The notes beneath the pieces were generated by a model that searched no databases, was not told the origin of the DNA, and saw only the letters and a list, made by a program, of their open reading frames with translations. From an uncultured Candidatus Saccharibacteria bacterium (GTDB lineage: Bacteria > Patescibacteriota > Minisyncoccia > Phycocordibacterales > Phycocordibacteraceae): a DNA stretch of 33,558 bases. Every line of letters begins with the position of its first letter. Position 1 is the first letter of the stretch. Below are positions 7,169-17,093 of the stretch, one piece after another. The stretch is taken from NCBI GenBank assembly GCA_964507275.1, contig CAZDPG010000001.1, forward strand, positions 152,503-186,060, read 5' to 3'. A program made the position numbers and the translations under genes.

Positions 7169-7504
7169 ATGGCGACGCGGCAGGAGACGATTGATTTCAT
7201 CCTCGACCAGGTGGCGGGCGCGGGCTTCGCCCGCGCCCGCAAGATGTTCGGCGAGTATGCGCTCTACTTCGACGGGAAGGTCGTCGCGCTCGTGTGCGAC
7301 GATCAACTCTTCGTGAAGATCACCGAGCCGGGTAAAGTGTTCGTCGGCGACCGCTACGAAGAAGGGTGTCCGTATCCTGGAGCAAAGCCATGGATGCATA
7401 TCAGCGAAGAGATGCTCGACGACCGAGCCTGGCTCTCCGGGCTCGTCCGTGTGACGGCCGATGCTCTGCCCCTGCCGCAGCCGAAAAAGAAGAAGCGGGT
7501 GTGA
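7169..7504 (+). CDS. TfoX/Sxy N-terminal domain protein
   Basis: RKMFGEYALY.DGK..ALVCDD.LFVK...YPGAK signature. Confidence 0.9.
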   Translation: MATRQETIDFILDQVAGAGFARARKMFGEYALYFDGKVVALVCDDQLFVKITEPGKVFVGDRYEEGCPYPGAKPWMHISEEMLDDRAWLSGLVRVTADALPLPQPKKKKRV

Positions 7505-7522
7505 TGCGGTACAATTTGAGTA

Positions 7523-8497
7523 ATGAAGAAGAAATCAGATAAGCCTGTCGTCATATATCAGACCAGGAGCGGAGCGATCGAGCTACGCGGTGATGCGTCG
7601 TACGAGACAATCTGGGCGACACTCGACCAGATAGCGGAAGTCTTTGGTCGTGACAAGTCGGTCGTCTCCCGCCACCTCAAGAATATCTTTCTCGAAGGGG
7701 AGCTGACGCGGAATGCAGCTGTTGCAAAAAATGCAACAACTGCCGCAGACGGTAAGGTATATCAGGTTGAGTATTATAATCTCGACGCCATCCTTTCGGT
7801 CGGATATCGCGTCAATTCGAAGACGGCGACGCAGTTCCGCCAATGGGCGACCAAGACGCTCCGCGAGCATATCACGAAGGGATACACGCTCAATCGCAAA
7901 CGGATCGGCAAGAACTACGACGCGTTCATGAGGGCGGTGGCGGATGTACAGGCGCTTCTTCCTGAGCACGTCGCGCTCGACCCGAAGGGCGTCCTCGAGC
8001 TAATCAAGGAATTCGCGTCGACGTGGGTATCGCTCGACGCGTACGACAAGGAGTCGCTCGCCGTCGTCGGCTCTACCAGGAAGTCGGTCAAACTCACGGG
8101 TGCCGAGCTGACCGAGGCTATAACGCATCTCCGCTCCGATCTCTTGAAGAAAGGCGAAGCGACGGATATCTTCGCGCACGAGCGGGCCGCGGGGAGCATC
8201 GAGGGTATCGTCGGCAACGTGATGCAGTCGTTCGGCGGGCGCCCTGTCTATGCGACCGTCGAAGAGAAAGCGGCGCACCTTCTGTACTTCATGGTGAAGA
8301 ATCATCCCTTTACCGACGGCAACAAGCGGTCGGGCGCTTTCGCATTCGTGTGGTTCTTGCGCAAGGCGGGGAGCAAGGGGCGACGTAATGTGAACCCTGC
8401 TGCGCTTACTGCACTTACGCTCCTCATCGCCGAGAGCGACCCGAAGAAGAAGGAGCAGATGGTGGCGCTTGTCACCCAGGTGCTCAGGGTGCGCTAG
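7523..8497 (+). CDS. RhuM/Fic (Doc-like) family protein
   Basis: RhuM-type YNLDAILSVGYRVNS..ATQFRQWAT, plus Fic motif HPFTDGNKRSG. Confidence 0.92.
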   Translation: MKKKSDKPVVIYQTRSGAIELRGDASYETIWATLDQIAEVFGRDKSVVSRHLKNIFLEGELTRNAAVAKNATTAADGKVYQVEYYNLDAILSVGYRVNSKTATQFRQWATKTLREHITKGYTLNRKRIGKNYDAFMRAVADVQALLPEHVALDPKGVLELIKEFASTWVSLDAYDKESLAVVGSTRKSVKLTGAELTEAITHLRSDLLKKGEATDIFAHERAAGSIEGIVGNVMQSFGGRPVYATVEEKAAHLLYFMVKNHPFTDGNKRSGAFAFVWFLRKAGSKGRRNVNPAALTALTLLIAESDPKKKEQMVALVTQVLRVR

Positions 8498-8506
8498 GAT
8501 AGGGGT

Positions 8507-8762
8507 ATGAGAATCATATTCCTCGACACGGGACCGAAGAGACCGCACTCGACGCAATGACCCTGCTGTCGTCGCGTCCACTCCTCTTCACCACGCTCCG
8601 CTTCGGCAAATACAGCGGCAAACGGTTGGAGCATATCGTCACGAGTGACTCGAGCTACATCGAATGGCTCCTCAAGCAGAAGGAGAGAGCCCTTCCGAAG
8701 AAGAGGACTGGATCTATACGTTTAAGCACTATCTGAACCCGGCCCCCGATGCAGCGCCCTAA
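8507..8762 (+). pseudogene. Internally deleted, frameshifted DnaQ/exonuclease X-like gene
   Basis: MRIIFLDT (start of the ExoI motif) is joined out of frame to LRFGKYSGKRL...DSSYIEWLL. A further frameshift gives EEDWIYTFKHYL. Confidence 0.7.
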
Positions 8763-8803
8763 ATGGGGCTATACTTATAGCATTACCACTTACTACGTCA
8801 TTC

Positions 8804-9178
8804 ATGGAAATTTCACTCATCGCAGCAAAGATATTGGGAACGTATTTCATCATCAGCGGGCTGTTTCTTCTTCTGCGCGGGAAGACCGTTCCGCACCTGC
8901 TCAAGGACTTTTTCGATCATCCTGCAATCATGTATCTCACAGGTGCCATATTGATATTCTTGTCTTCGCTCATGCTTCTCCAAGGAAACATCTGGGATAG
9001 TTCGTGGCGCACCGTCATCACCATATTCACTTGGCTCGTCTTCGTGAAGGGCGCGGCATATATCCTCGCCCCAGAACTGCTCCGCTCGCTGGTGAGCAGG
9101 AAGCTGCTCAAGGCGGTCAACCTGTTCGGTCTCATCACTCTCGTCGTAGGAGTGTCGCTACTCTCCTTCGGGGCTTAA
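8804..9178 (+). CDS. Small 4-TM membrane protein
   Basis: Hydrophobic 124 aa with a W..W..VIT...W...KG pattern. Confidence 0.8.
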   Translation: MEISLIAAKILGTYFIISGLFLLLRGKTVPHLLKDFFDHPAIMYLTGAILIFLSSLMLLQGNIWDSSWRTVITIFTWLVFVKGAAYILAPELLRSLVSRKLLKAVNLFGLITLVVGVSLLSFGA

Positions 9179-9185
9179 CCAAAAT

Positions 9186-9845
9186 ATGTCTGGAGTGAAG
9201 CTCAGAGACGGCCTCTTCGCCATTCTTGCTCTAGGACTCGCCTTCGCTCTCCTTGCCTACGAGCCACGGGAGAACCTCGACCAGAGCCAGAGCATATCTG
9301 ATGGGACGATCACGTTTTTCTATGCACCGGAGTTCGGACTTGCAGTCACTCCGGAGCAAATACTTGTCCGCTCTTACATTCCGCCCTGCGACGAAGACTT
9401 CGATTACTGTCTCTACCTCATAAGCGGCGAGTACCAGGGTACCAACTTCGAGAGCGCGGGCCTGCGCATCAAGGAACGCGCTGATCTAGGTTCGCCCGAA
9501 GCGTGCCTCAATACGCCACCTGAAGGATACACGGTTTTCGAGCCGGAGATACATACCGGACAAGAGTATGCGACGAGCGTCTTCGCTCCTGTAGGGGGAG
9601 CGGGAGCCGGTCATTATGCGAGAGGCGCTCTCTATCGGCTCTTCTACGATAGTCGCTGTTACGAATTCGAGACGCGCATCGGCGAGTCCCAGTTCGCTAA
9701 CTACCCGCTGGGCGCAATCAAGGAGTTCACAGACCAAGACCGGACGGAAGTCATGACACATCTTCTTGAGGTGTTGAACAGCATCTCACTCCCTGATGGC
9801 AGGAAGAATCTCTTTGCACCATCCGGCTCCATTCTGGTATCCTAA
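9186..9845 (+). CDS. Membrane-anchored exported protein, unknown function
   Basis: N-terminal TM segment, paired cysteines and a GAGAGH...YR motif. Confidence 0.75.
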   Translation: MSGVKLRDGLFAILALGLAFALLAYEPRENLDQSQSISDGTITFFYAPEFGLAVTPEQILVRSYIPPCDEDFDYCLYLISGEYQGTNFESAGLRIKERADLGSPEACLNTPPEGYTVFEPEIHTGQEYATSVFAPVGGAGAGHYARGALYRLFYDSRCYEFETRIGESQFANYPLGAIKEFTDQDRTEVMTHLLEVLNSISLPDGRKNLFAPSGSILVS

Positions 9846-9849
9846 GAAT

Positions 9850-10350
9850 ATGAAAGAACAAGCAGCAATCATGGGAGCGGTTGCAATAGCGGTCGTCGGC
9901 GCGCTCTGGATGGTGAACGTGCGCACCGTGCAAGCGCCCGGTCAGGCGGCGTGCACGATGGAAGCGAAGCTCTGCCCGGACGGCACGGCCGTCGGACGCA
10001 CCGGTCCGAATTGCGAATTTGCCGCGTGCCCGACAAGCGGACCAATCACGCTCGAAGCTCGGATAGGGCAGGAGGTGAGTGGGCTCGGCGTCCGCATCAT
10101 CCCTACGGAGCTCTTGGAAGACAGTCGCTGTCCGGTCGACGTGGTGTGCATACAGGCAGGGACGGTGCGCGTGCGTGCGCGCCTCATAAGCGGTCTCGGA
10201 GAGGCGAATCAGGAATTCAAACTCAACCAACCGATCACGACCGAGACGGAAGAAGTCACTCTCATACAGGTCATGCCGCAACCTTTGGCAGGCGTCGAGA
10301 CGAAGGACAGCGCCTATGTCTTCCGGTTCGAGGTATCAAAACGAAAATAA
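9850..10350 (+). CDS. Exported Cys-rich protein
   Basis: TM segment, then CTMEAKLCPDG..VGRTGPNCEFAACP and DSRCP.DV.CIQAG. Start reassigned to ATG 9850. Confidence 0.8.
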   Translation: MKEQAAIMGAVAIAVVGALWMVNVRTVQAPGQAACTMEAKLCPDGTAVGRTGPNCEFAACPTSGPITLEARIGQEVSGLGVRIIPTELLEDSRCPVDVVCIQAGTVRVRARLISGLGEANQEFKLNQPITTETEEVTLIQVMPQPLAGVETKDSAYVFRFEVSKRK

Positions 10351-10356
10351 TCTCGT

Positions 10357-10839
10357 ATGACTGGCTTGCGCACGAAAGATTTGCTCCTCATACAATTTCT
10401 CGCACTCCTCGGCGGGACGGTCTTCGCGTGGTCGAAGCTCATACCGCAGCTCAGCAACTTCCTCGCTACCTACGGGACATTCCTCCAGTTCTCCGACACG
10501 AGCATCCCGAACCCGCTCCTTACGGCCTGCCTGTACGGATCGACTGCGTTCATCGTCGCGCTGTTCTGGGCGCTTGCGCTCTTCCAGAATCCCTCCTATC
10601 GAAGCGAGCGCTATCTGCGGAATTTCCTCATTTTCGCCATCGTCTTCGCAGCATCAGTGGTGTCGTATGAGGCCGTGCTCTACTACGGGCTCGTCGAAGC
10701 TGGCTCAGTGCCGGTGACCTGCTCACCCGGGGTGCACCCGCTCGCGACGCCGTGCTTCTTCGGCATGCTCTTCTTCATCGCGGCATTCGCTACTGCCGAT
10801 TCCGCAACGCGCCGCCTGAAACAGGACACGGTAGATTAG
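10357..10839 (+). CDS. 4-TM membrane protein with cysteines (possibly VKOR/DsbB-like)
   Basis: Four hydrophobic helices and three cysteines. The family assignment is weak. Confidence 0.65.
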   Translation: MTGLRTKDLLLIQFLALLGGTVFAWSKLIPQLSNFLATYGTFLQFSDTSIPNPLLTACLYGSTAFIVALFWALALFQNPSYRSERYLRNFLIFAIVFAASVVSYEAVLYYGLVEAGSVPVTCSPGVHPLATPCFFGMLFFIAAFATADSATRRLKQDTVD

Positions 10840-10870
10840 TACTCGCGCGCACTAGGGTATAGTGAGGAAC

Positions 10871-12547
10871 ATGACTCAGGCTGAAGCGCTCACCATACTC
10901 AAGACCGGGGCGAACGTATTCCTGACGGGGGAGCCAGGGAGCGGCAAGACGCACACGATAAACGCGTTCGTCGATTGGCTACGCTCGGCTGGCATCGAAC
11001 CCTCCATCACGGCTGCTACCGGCATCGCGGCGACGCACGTGAGCGGCATGACGCTCCACTCCTGGAGCGGTATCGGCATCGCTGAATCGCTTTCAGAAGC
11101 CGATGTCGATCGCATCGCCGGCAAAGAACATATCGCCAAGCGTATCGCGAAGGCGAAAGTGCTCATCATCGAGGAGATATCAATGCTCTCGGCAAGCACG
11201 TTCGAGATGGCAGATGCCGTCTGTCGTGAGGTGCGGCGCATCGACAAGCCGTTCGGTGGACTCGTCGTGGTGCTTGTGGGCGACTTCTTTCAGTTGCCAC
11301 CGGTCTCTCGCTCGCGTGATGCGCGTTTCGCGTACACCTCGCCCGTGTGGCGCGATCTGAACATGATCACGTGCTACCTGACCGAGCAGTACCGGCAGGA
11401 CGATAGCGACTTCCTGAGCGTACTCTCGGCGATACGCTCGGGCGAAGTGGAAGAACTCCACTATGAGGAACTGATGAGGCGGCATACCGCCGCGTCAGAG
11501 TTACCACTCTCCGCGCCGAAGCTCTTCTCACATAACGCTGACGTCGACCGCATCAACGCCGAGGAACTCGCGAAGCTCCCCGGCACGGCGAAGAAATTCA
11601 CTATGAGTTCGAAGGGTAAGGATACGCTCGTCGACGGACTCATACGCGGATGCCTCTCGCCCGAGACATTGGAGCTCAAGGAAGGAGCAACGGTTATGTT
11701 CACCAAAAACTCTCCGCAGGGACGGTTCGTGAACGGTACGCTCGGCACCGTGACCGGCTGGGACGCGGGCGGCATGCCGATCGTAGAAACGAAGGACGGG
11801 CTCACAATCGCCACCGAACCGATGGAGTGGCAGCTCGAAGAGCAGGGGAAAGTGAAAGCGAGCATCGCGCAGATACCTCTGCGGCTCGCGTATGCGATGA
11901 CGGTGCACAAGAGCCAGGGGATGAGTATGGATGCAGCCATCATGGATCTTTCGAAGGCATTTGAATACGGGCAGGGCTATGTCGCGCTCAGTCGCGTGCG
12001 GCGGCTCTCGGGAGTGTATCTCACCGGTCTCAACCAGCGCGCGCTCGAAGTGCATCCGGACATTCTCGAGAAAGACCGAGACTTCCGTGCGGCATCAGAC
12101 GCCGCGCGCGATGCGTTTGAAGCGATGGATGTAAATGAGGCGATTGGCATGCAGAAGAAATTCGTGAAGGCGCTTGGCGGCGCGTGGCCAAGCGAAGCGG
12201 TCAAAAACTTACGGGCCAAGGAAGAAGGGAAGAAGACTGTCGGCAATCTGCCGGGGCGGCTCGCCGAGACGCTCCAAGCGGCACGCGATGCCAAGAGCTT
12301 GAAAGAGGTTGCGAAGGCTCGTGCGCTCACAGTTTCGACTATCGTGAAGCACTTGGAAGAGCTTGCCGAGATAGGGAAGCTCTCGCGCATCGACTTCGCG
12401 CATCTCGTGCCGATGGACATCGTCGACGAGATACACGAGGCACTCGCCGCCGACACGAGCGACCGTCTCTCGCCGATATTTCACGCGCTCAGCGGCCGCT
12501 ACTCCTTCGAGACCATCCGCCTCGTACGGCTCATGCGCTCCCGGTAG
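10871..12547 (+). CDS. PIF1-like SF1B helicase with C-terminal HTH
   Basis: NVFLTGEPGSGKT, TGIAA, TLHSWSGIG, GDFFQLPPV, YRQ, NGTLG, PLRLAYAMTVHKSQG and GQGYVALSRV. Confidence 0.92.
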   Translation: MTQAEALTILKTGANVFLTGEPGSGKTHTINAFVDWLRSAGIEPSITAATGIAATHVSGMTLHSWSGIGIAESLSEADVDRIAGKEHIAKRIAKAKVLIIEEISMLSASTFEMADAVCREVRRIDKPFGGLVVVLVGDFFQLPPVSRSRDARFAYTSPVWRDLNMITCYLTEQYRQDDSDFLSVLSAIRSGEVEELHYEELMRRHTAASELPLSAPKLFSHNADVDRINAEELAKLPGTAKKFTMSSKGKDTLVDGLIRGCLSPETLELKEGATVMFTKNSPQGRFVNGTLGTVTGWDAGGMPIVETKDGLTIATEPMEWQLEEQGKVKASIAQIPLRLAYAMTVHKSQGMSMDAAIMDLSKAFEYGQGYVALSRVRRLSGVYLTGLNQRALEVHPDILEKDRDFRAASDAARDAFEAMDVNEAIGMQKKFVKALGGAWPSEAVKNLRAKEEGKKTVGNLPGRLAETLQAARDAKSLKEVAKARALTVSTIVKHLEELAEIGKLSRIDFAHLVPMDIVDEIHEALAADTSDRLSPIFHALSGRYSFETIRLVRLMRSR

Positions 12548-12650
12548 GGCATTGACATTACACTACATGTGTGATAAAAACGACATCAGGTTCTGACATG
12601 TCGGCATCCGCCGGTATTCGTTTTCTGACAAAGAAGAAAAGGAGAGAAAA

Positions 12651-13166
12651 ATGAACAGTCTGGCATTGGCCCTCTCAAGGGCTGGTTTCGCACCGCGTTC
12701 TGCTCCAACCCCGGAATGGATTCGTTTCCATGAGGGAGAGGAGTTCGTCGTCATCTTCGGCTGTCCGCGGCACAAGGTCCTCGACGGCATCCAGGTGCTT
12801 CCCATGGGCATATGCGCCCGCGGTGAACAACCGCCCGCCGAAGACATCCTCCGTTTCAGCAATGCGAAGGTCGACCTCGACGGTCTCCTCGCGCGCTGTA
12901 CGGTCGAGGGTATCAACGTCCGCGAAGTGAGCGAGGGCTTCTGCGAAGTCTTCATCAACTGTACCGCCTCGCGCAAGAGCGAGGGCTTCAAGCACTGGGC
13001 CGGCCTGTACGAGGACTTCGTGCGAAGCTCGCTTCCCCATACGTGGGCGAAAGCGACGTTCAAGCGTCACGACGGTCGTACCTCGCTGAAGCTGCGCAAC
13101 TCATGCGCCGCCGAGGATACGGCGACGAAGTTGTTCTTCGCGATCGGGCCGTCCATCGCGCACTAG
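12651..13166 (+). CDS. Hypothetical protein
   Basis: AAGGAG SD, GC3-biased codons, TTGACA upstream at 12552 and a terminator downstream. Confidence 0.7.
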   Translation: MNSLALALSRAGFAPRSAPTPEWIRFHEGEEFVVIFGCPRHKVLDGIQVLPMGICARGEQPPAEDILRFSNAKVDLDGLLARCTVEGINVREVSEGFCEVFINCTASRKSEGFKHWAGLYEDFVRSSLPHTWAKATFKRHDGRTSLKLRNSCAAEDTATKLFFAIGPSIAH

Positions 13167-13181
13167 CGGGGAATCCGCGCC

Positions 13182-13218
13182 AAAGGGAGTCAGCAGTAGC
13201 TGGCTCCCTTTATTATTT
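13182..13218. terminator. Bidirectional intrinsic terminator
   Basis: AAAGGGAGTCAGC-agta-GCTGGCTCCCTTT between convergent genes. Confidence 0.7.
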
Positions 13219-13962
13219 TAGGAGCGTTGTCATGAGGAGTATCGTGTCAGCAGGATTCTTGACGCTCTTCGTCTCCGCTTCAGTCTTAAAGACGGCTTCA
13301 TCGTTGCCGCCCGGCGTGAGCTCATCGCCCACATAGAGCGTATCTCGCTCATGCAGATGGAGCCGCTCGCAGAGTTGTCGGAGGCCGTAGGCCTTGTCGA
13401 CACCGCGCTTCGTGACGTCGATCGATGTAGCCCCGCCGAAGCTGACCAGGAATTCCGGCAGCTTCGCGGCAATTACTTCCTGAAGCGCATGACGCTTCGC
13501 GTGGTCGGGATCCCACTCTTTCTTCAATGCAATCGGGGCGTGTTGCCCCAGCGCCGAGAGTGTCACCTGCCCACCACGATACTCGATGCGCTCGCCCCAT
13601 GCTGGCAGCGAGAAGTCGATGATACCAGTTTCTTCTGTCGCCTCTCGCATCGCCGTTCCTATAGCATGCGCGTCTTTTTCGGAGAGCCGTTCCTCATAAA
13701 TCTTCTTCCATGTGCCAGAATGGTACTCGTAGAGCGCGGCACCGCTCGTCGGGAGGAGGTAGAGATTCGAGAGATTCGTGGCGTGCGGAAGGCGTGCCAC
13801 TATTTGTTTTAAAAATTGTTCGAGAGCACCACCGGAAATGACCGCAACCGGCATACGAGCAAGAAGTTTCGCGACGAGTGCTGCCATCTCGCCCGTGAGC
13901 GACTGTTTGCTCTCGGCGAGCGTGCCATCGAGATCGAATACAATGAGATTAGGTATTTTCAT
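13213..13962 (-). CDS. HAD-IIB hydrolase, phosphomannomutase-like
   Basis: FDLDGTL, VISGG, IEYRG.Q, GGATSIDV..GVDKAY and VGD..PGGND. Confidence 0.88.
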   Translation of the reverse strand: MKIPNLIVFDLDGTLAESKQSLTGEMAALVAKLLARMPVAVISGGALEQFLKQIVARLPHATNLSNLYLLPTSGAALYEYHSGTWKKIYEERLSEKDAHAIGTAMREATEETGIIDFSLPAWGERIEYRGGQVTLSALGQHAPIALKKEWDPDHAKRHALQEVIAAKLPEFLVSFGGATSIDVTKRGVDKAYGLRQLCERLHLHERDTLYVGDELTPGGNDEAVFKTEAETKSVKNPADTILLMTTLLK

Positions 13963-15875
13963 GACAGTGCGTCGAGCATGTGCGCGAGCGACGCTGTCGC
14001 GACGCCAATCGTTTTGTCAGCCGCGCCATAGTAGAGGAAGAGCGTATCGCCGCGCACCACAGCGCCGCACGAGAAGACGACATTCGGGACTTCTCCTTCT
14101 TTTTCATACTGCTCGAGAGGTTCGAAGATAGGATCAGCGGTACGCGCGAGCACGACGGTGCCCGAAGCGTCCAGCAGGGCCGCACCGAGACGGTACGTCG
14201 CGTGGCGTGAGACGCCATGGTAGATCATGAGCCACTTGTCGCCGACTCTGATTGGCGGCGCGGCACTGCCAACCTTTGATCCATCCCACATGCCGAGGCG
14301 CGGTGCCATTATCTCGATGCAACGGCTCACGCGTTTGCCGGCAGAGAGGTCGGGGAGGAGGTCGGCGCAAATCTGGTTGTTGATCCGATGATAGAGCAAG
14401 TAGTTCTCGCCGACCTTCTCAGGGAGGAGCGCGAGGTCCTTATCATCCACATTATTCGGCGTGAGTATGAAAGGTTCGCTCCATGCGTGCCACTCTCGTG
14501 CGAGGAAGTTCTCGACGCTGATAGACGATATCGCTCCTGCAGGTGGGTGCACTCCGTCGTATGCGGTGTAGGTCATGTGGAGCGTATCGCCGATGCGAAC
14601 AATGCGCGGGTCCTCGCAGCCGGAGTTGCCGGTTGGGCTTCCGCGCTTCATTTCGAACTCAGCGCGCGGCGCATATATCGGTTCAGGAAGTCGCTCATCA
14701 ATCGTAATGCCGTCCTGCGATATGGCGAGCCCGATTGTCGACGTATTTGCGGCATCCATCGCGCGATACAGGATGTATACCGAACCGTTCAAGTCAATCG
14801 CTGCAGCATTAAGGACGTCGCGACTCTCGAAGCCGTTGCCCTGCGGCACGAGGATTGGGTTCTGCGGTACACGCGTGAATGTACGGGCGGGGCGCTCAGG
14901 GTCGAGCGCGCGCATGAGATCATGAAGCTTCACGCTCGCTTTGGCACAGACCGTGTCCGCCGCACCGTACCAGATATCCAGATTGCCGTCCGTGCCCACG
15001 CTTGTACTCGTCGGGAAGACGATATTCGGCACGAGACCGTACTCTTCGTAGAACTCTTGTGGCACGAGTATCGATTCCGTGCGGGATATGAGTTTCTGGG
15101 GATCATCTCGATTGAGAAGCGCCGCTTCGACTGAGAAGATGCGGTTGTTTCCATCGTAATAATTCTGGATATAGGAATAGACGAGCAGCCAGCCGTGCTG
15201 AGTGAAGAGTGGTGCAGCACCGACTTCGATGTGGTCGCCATCGGTGCGCCGCAGCTCGGGGAGTGCGTTTTTTGCGAGGTCGTCGTGCCATCGGCGCCAG
15301 TATTCAGGGTCGAAGAATTCTTCCATCCGCTTCGCGCGGGCGAGGGCTATGGTCGCTCGCGGATGGTCGTTCGTCCAGTCGGTATGAGCGGTGAGTAGAA
15401 GCACAATGTCGCCGCCAATGCGTTCTGGGAAGAGCGTCGCGGCTTTCGCATTGAACGGCGTGACGAGGTGCCGTTCAGAGAAATCATCAGGCGCGTTGCC
15501 GATAGCAACAGCGACTTTTATGTTGTCTGGGCCAAATGGATAGCCGCCGAGTGCGGTATAGAAGCAGTACCAGCGTCCCTCGAAGAAGGTCACTCGCGGG
15601 TCCTCGCAGCCGAATGCATCCCATGGCTCTAAGGGTGCAATGACCTGTTCTCGAGAATGGAAGTGCGTACCGTCTTCCGCGAATGCCATGCCGATGGACG
15701 AAATACCGGCGACTGATGACTGAAGCGCATCAGCATCACCGAGCGCACGATAGAAGAGGCGCACACCCTCCTCGGTGCGCACGACAGAGGGATTGAACGT
15801 GGCGAGGGCTTCCCAGGGCCGTTCGCGCCGTGGTGCGAGGATGGGGTTATGCGGTTCTCTGCGGATGACGAACAT
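13959..15875 (-). CDS. Tandem two-domain GH130-like glycosidase/phosphorylase
   Basis: Two sets of NP..., GCEDPR, VPN.VF and YGAAD motifs. Start reassigned to ATG 15875, 1 nt after the upstream stop. Confidence 0.9.
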   Translation of the reverse strand: MFVIRREPHNPILAPRRERPWEALATFNPSVVRTEEGVRLFYRALGDADALQSSVAGISSIGMAFAEDGTHFHSREQVIAPLEPWDAFGCEDPRVTFFEGRWYCFYTALGGYPFGPDNIKVAVAIGNAPDDFSERHLVTPFNAKAATLFPERIGGDIVLLLTAHTDWTNDHPRATIALARAKRMEEFFDPEYWRRWHDDLAKNALPELRRTDGDHIEVGAAPLFTQHGWLLVYSYIQNYYDGNNRIFSVEAALLNRDDPQKLISRTESILVPQEFYEEYGLVPNIVFPTSTSVGTDGNLDIWYGAADTVCAKASVKLHDLMRALDPERPARTFTRVPQNPILVPQGNGFESRDVLNAAAIDLNGSVYILYRAMDAANTSTIGLAISQDGITIDERLPEPIYAPRAEFEMKRGSPTGNSGCEDPRIVRIGDTLHMTYTAYDGVHPPAGAISSISVENFLAREWHAWSEPFILTPNNVDDKDLALLPEKVGENYLLYHRINNQICADLLPDLSAGKRVSRCIEIMAPRLGMWDGSKVGSAAPPIRVGDKWLMIYHGVSRHATYRLGAALLDASGTVVLARTADPIFEPLEQYEKEGEVPNVVFSCGAVVRGDTLFLYYGAADKTIGVATASLAHMLDALS

Positions 15876-15876
15876 G

Positions 15877-17031
15877 TTATGTGGTCTGCGCACGCGCGAC
15901 GGTTACGAGTGCCGGTGCACTTCCGTGAACGATCGCATCGAGAAACGAATCAAGTGGTGCAGTTGCGACGCAGACGACTTTGTCCGCACCACCGTAATAG
16001 ACGAACAACTCTCCGTCACGCACGACCGCGCCGCAGGCATACACGATACCCGGCTTGCCATGATTCTCGTAGTGCTCGTCAGGCGCGAGGACAGGAGTAG
16101 AAGCGCGATAGAGCACCCGTGTCGGGTCAGTGAGGTCGAGCAGCATCGCTCCGAGCTTGTATTTATTCGGCTCCTTCGGGTCCATTGCGTGATAGAGAAC
16201 GAGCCACCCCTGCGGCGTCTTCACCGGTGGTGGACCAGCACTCCGCATCCGGTAATGCCACGCGATCTGCTCATCGGGCATCTGCTGAGGATCAGGGCTC
16301 TCGAAGTCCATCGTGACCATGTCGGACAGGCTGTCGGCGTATTCGATGCGCACATGATCCCGGTCATCGCCGATGATGCTGTGGAGGACGGCGAATCGCC
16401 CACCGACTTTCTCTGGGAAGAGCACCCAGTTCTTATCCCGGACGCCGTGCGAGAGGATGGTTGGGCCCTCCCATCGGTCGAAGTGTTCGGCAAGGAAATC
16501 CTCCTCGCTCATGGATATGACCGCAACGCGGAGCTTCCAGTTCTCGAACATGTTGAACGTGATGTAAACGCGCCCATGCATGACGACCATACGCGGATCC
16601 TCGCATCCGCCCCAGCTGCCGCCCGAAGGGTACATCACGGGAGAATAACGGCGGAGAAGCGCAGAGACATTTCCGGGATTTCGCGCCGCATATGCAGGGT
16701 AGGGCAGTCGTTTATCGAAAAGTATTCCATCCGGACTCGATGCGTACCCGAGTCGAGAAACGCCATCCATGCCGATGGCGCGGTAGATGAGATGCGTGCG
16801 TCCGCCGAGCACTGCCGCCGCCGGATTCATGACCGCTTCTGCCGTCCATGGATGGGTACCTGGTGTAAGGATGGGATTGCGAAGAGACTTCGCGAGCGAG
16901 AGGAGTTTCGGATGTACGAGTCGAGCGAGTCTTTGCCGGAAAATCTCAGAGAAAAGTGCACCGAGCAGGGCTCCGGCGACGAAGAAGGAAAAGAGCAGGG
17001 CGACAATGTTCGCTATGAAAAGGACATTCAT
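15877..17031 (-). CDS. GH130-like glycosidase/phosphorylase with N-terminal TM anchor
   Basis: MNPAA, GCEDPR, DKNWVLFPE, GPPP and YYGGAD motifs, with a hydrophobic N-terminus from ATG 17031. Confidence 0.88.
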   Translation of the reverse strand: MNVLFIANIVALLFSFFVAGALLGALFSEIFRQRLARLVHPKLLSLAKSLRNPILTPGTHPWTAEAVMNPAAAVLGGRTHLIYRAIGMDGVSRLGYASSPDGILFDKRLPYPAYAARNPGNVSALLRRYSPVMYPSGGSWGGCEDPRMVVMHGRVYITFNMFENWKLRVAVISMSEEDFLAEHFDRWEGPTILSHGVRDKNWVLFPEKVGGRFAVLHSIIGDDRDHVRIEYADSLSDMVTMDFESPDPQQMPDEQIAWHYRMRSAGPPPVKTPQGWLVLYHAMDPKEPNKYKLGAMLLDLTDPTRVLYRASTPVLAPDEHYENHGKPGIVYACGAVVRDGELFVYYGGADKVVCVATAPLDSFLDAIVHGSAPALVTVARAQTT

Positions 17032-17093
17032 AAAGAGTGAATATCTCCACAATACCATTCGCGTGCGGTATTGAGACATGCTATATTCGCCAT

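Noticed and set aside
9951-10670. 239-aa alternative-frame ORF
   Set aside because: Overlaps two better-supported genes and has the Arg/His-rich composition typical of off-frame translation.
11161-11190. Walker B reads IIEEISM instead of IIDEISM in the PIF1-like helicase
   Set aside because: A conservative change with all other motifs intact; not enough to claim inactivation.
15775-17040. 421-aa plus-strand ORF
   Set aside because: Antisense shadow of the GH130 gene. High GC3 suppresses stops on the opposite strand and the product has no motifs.
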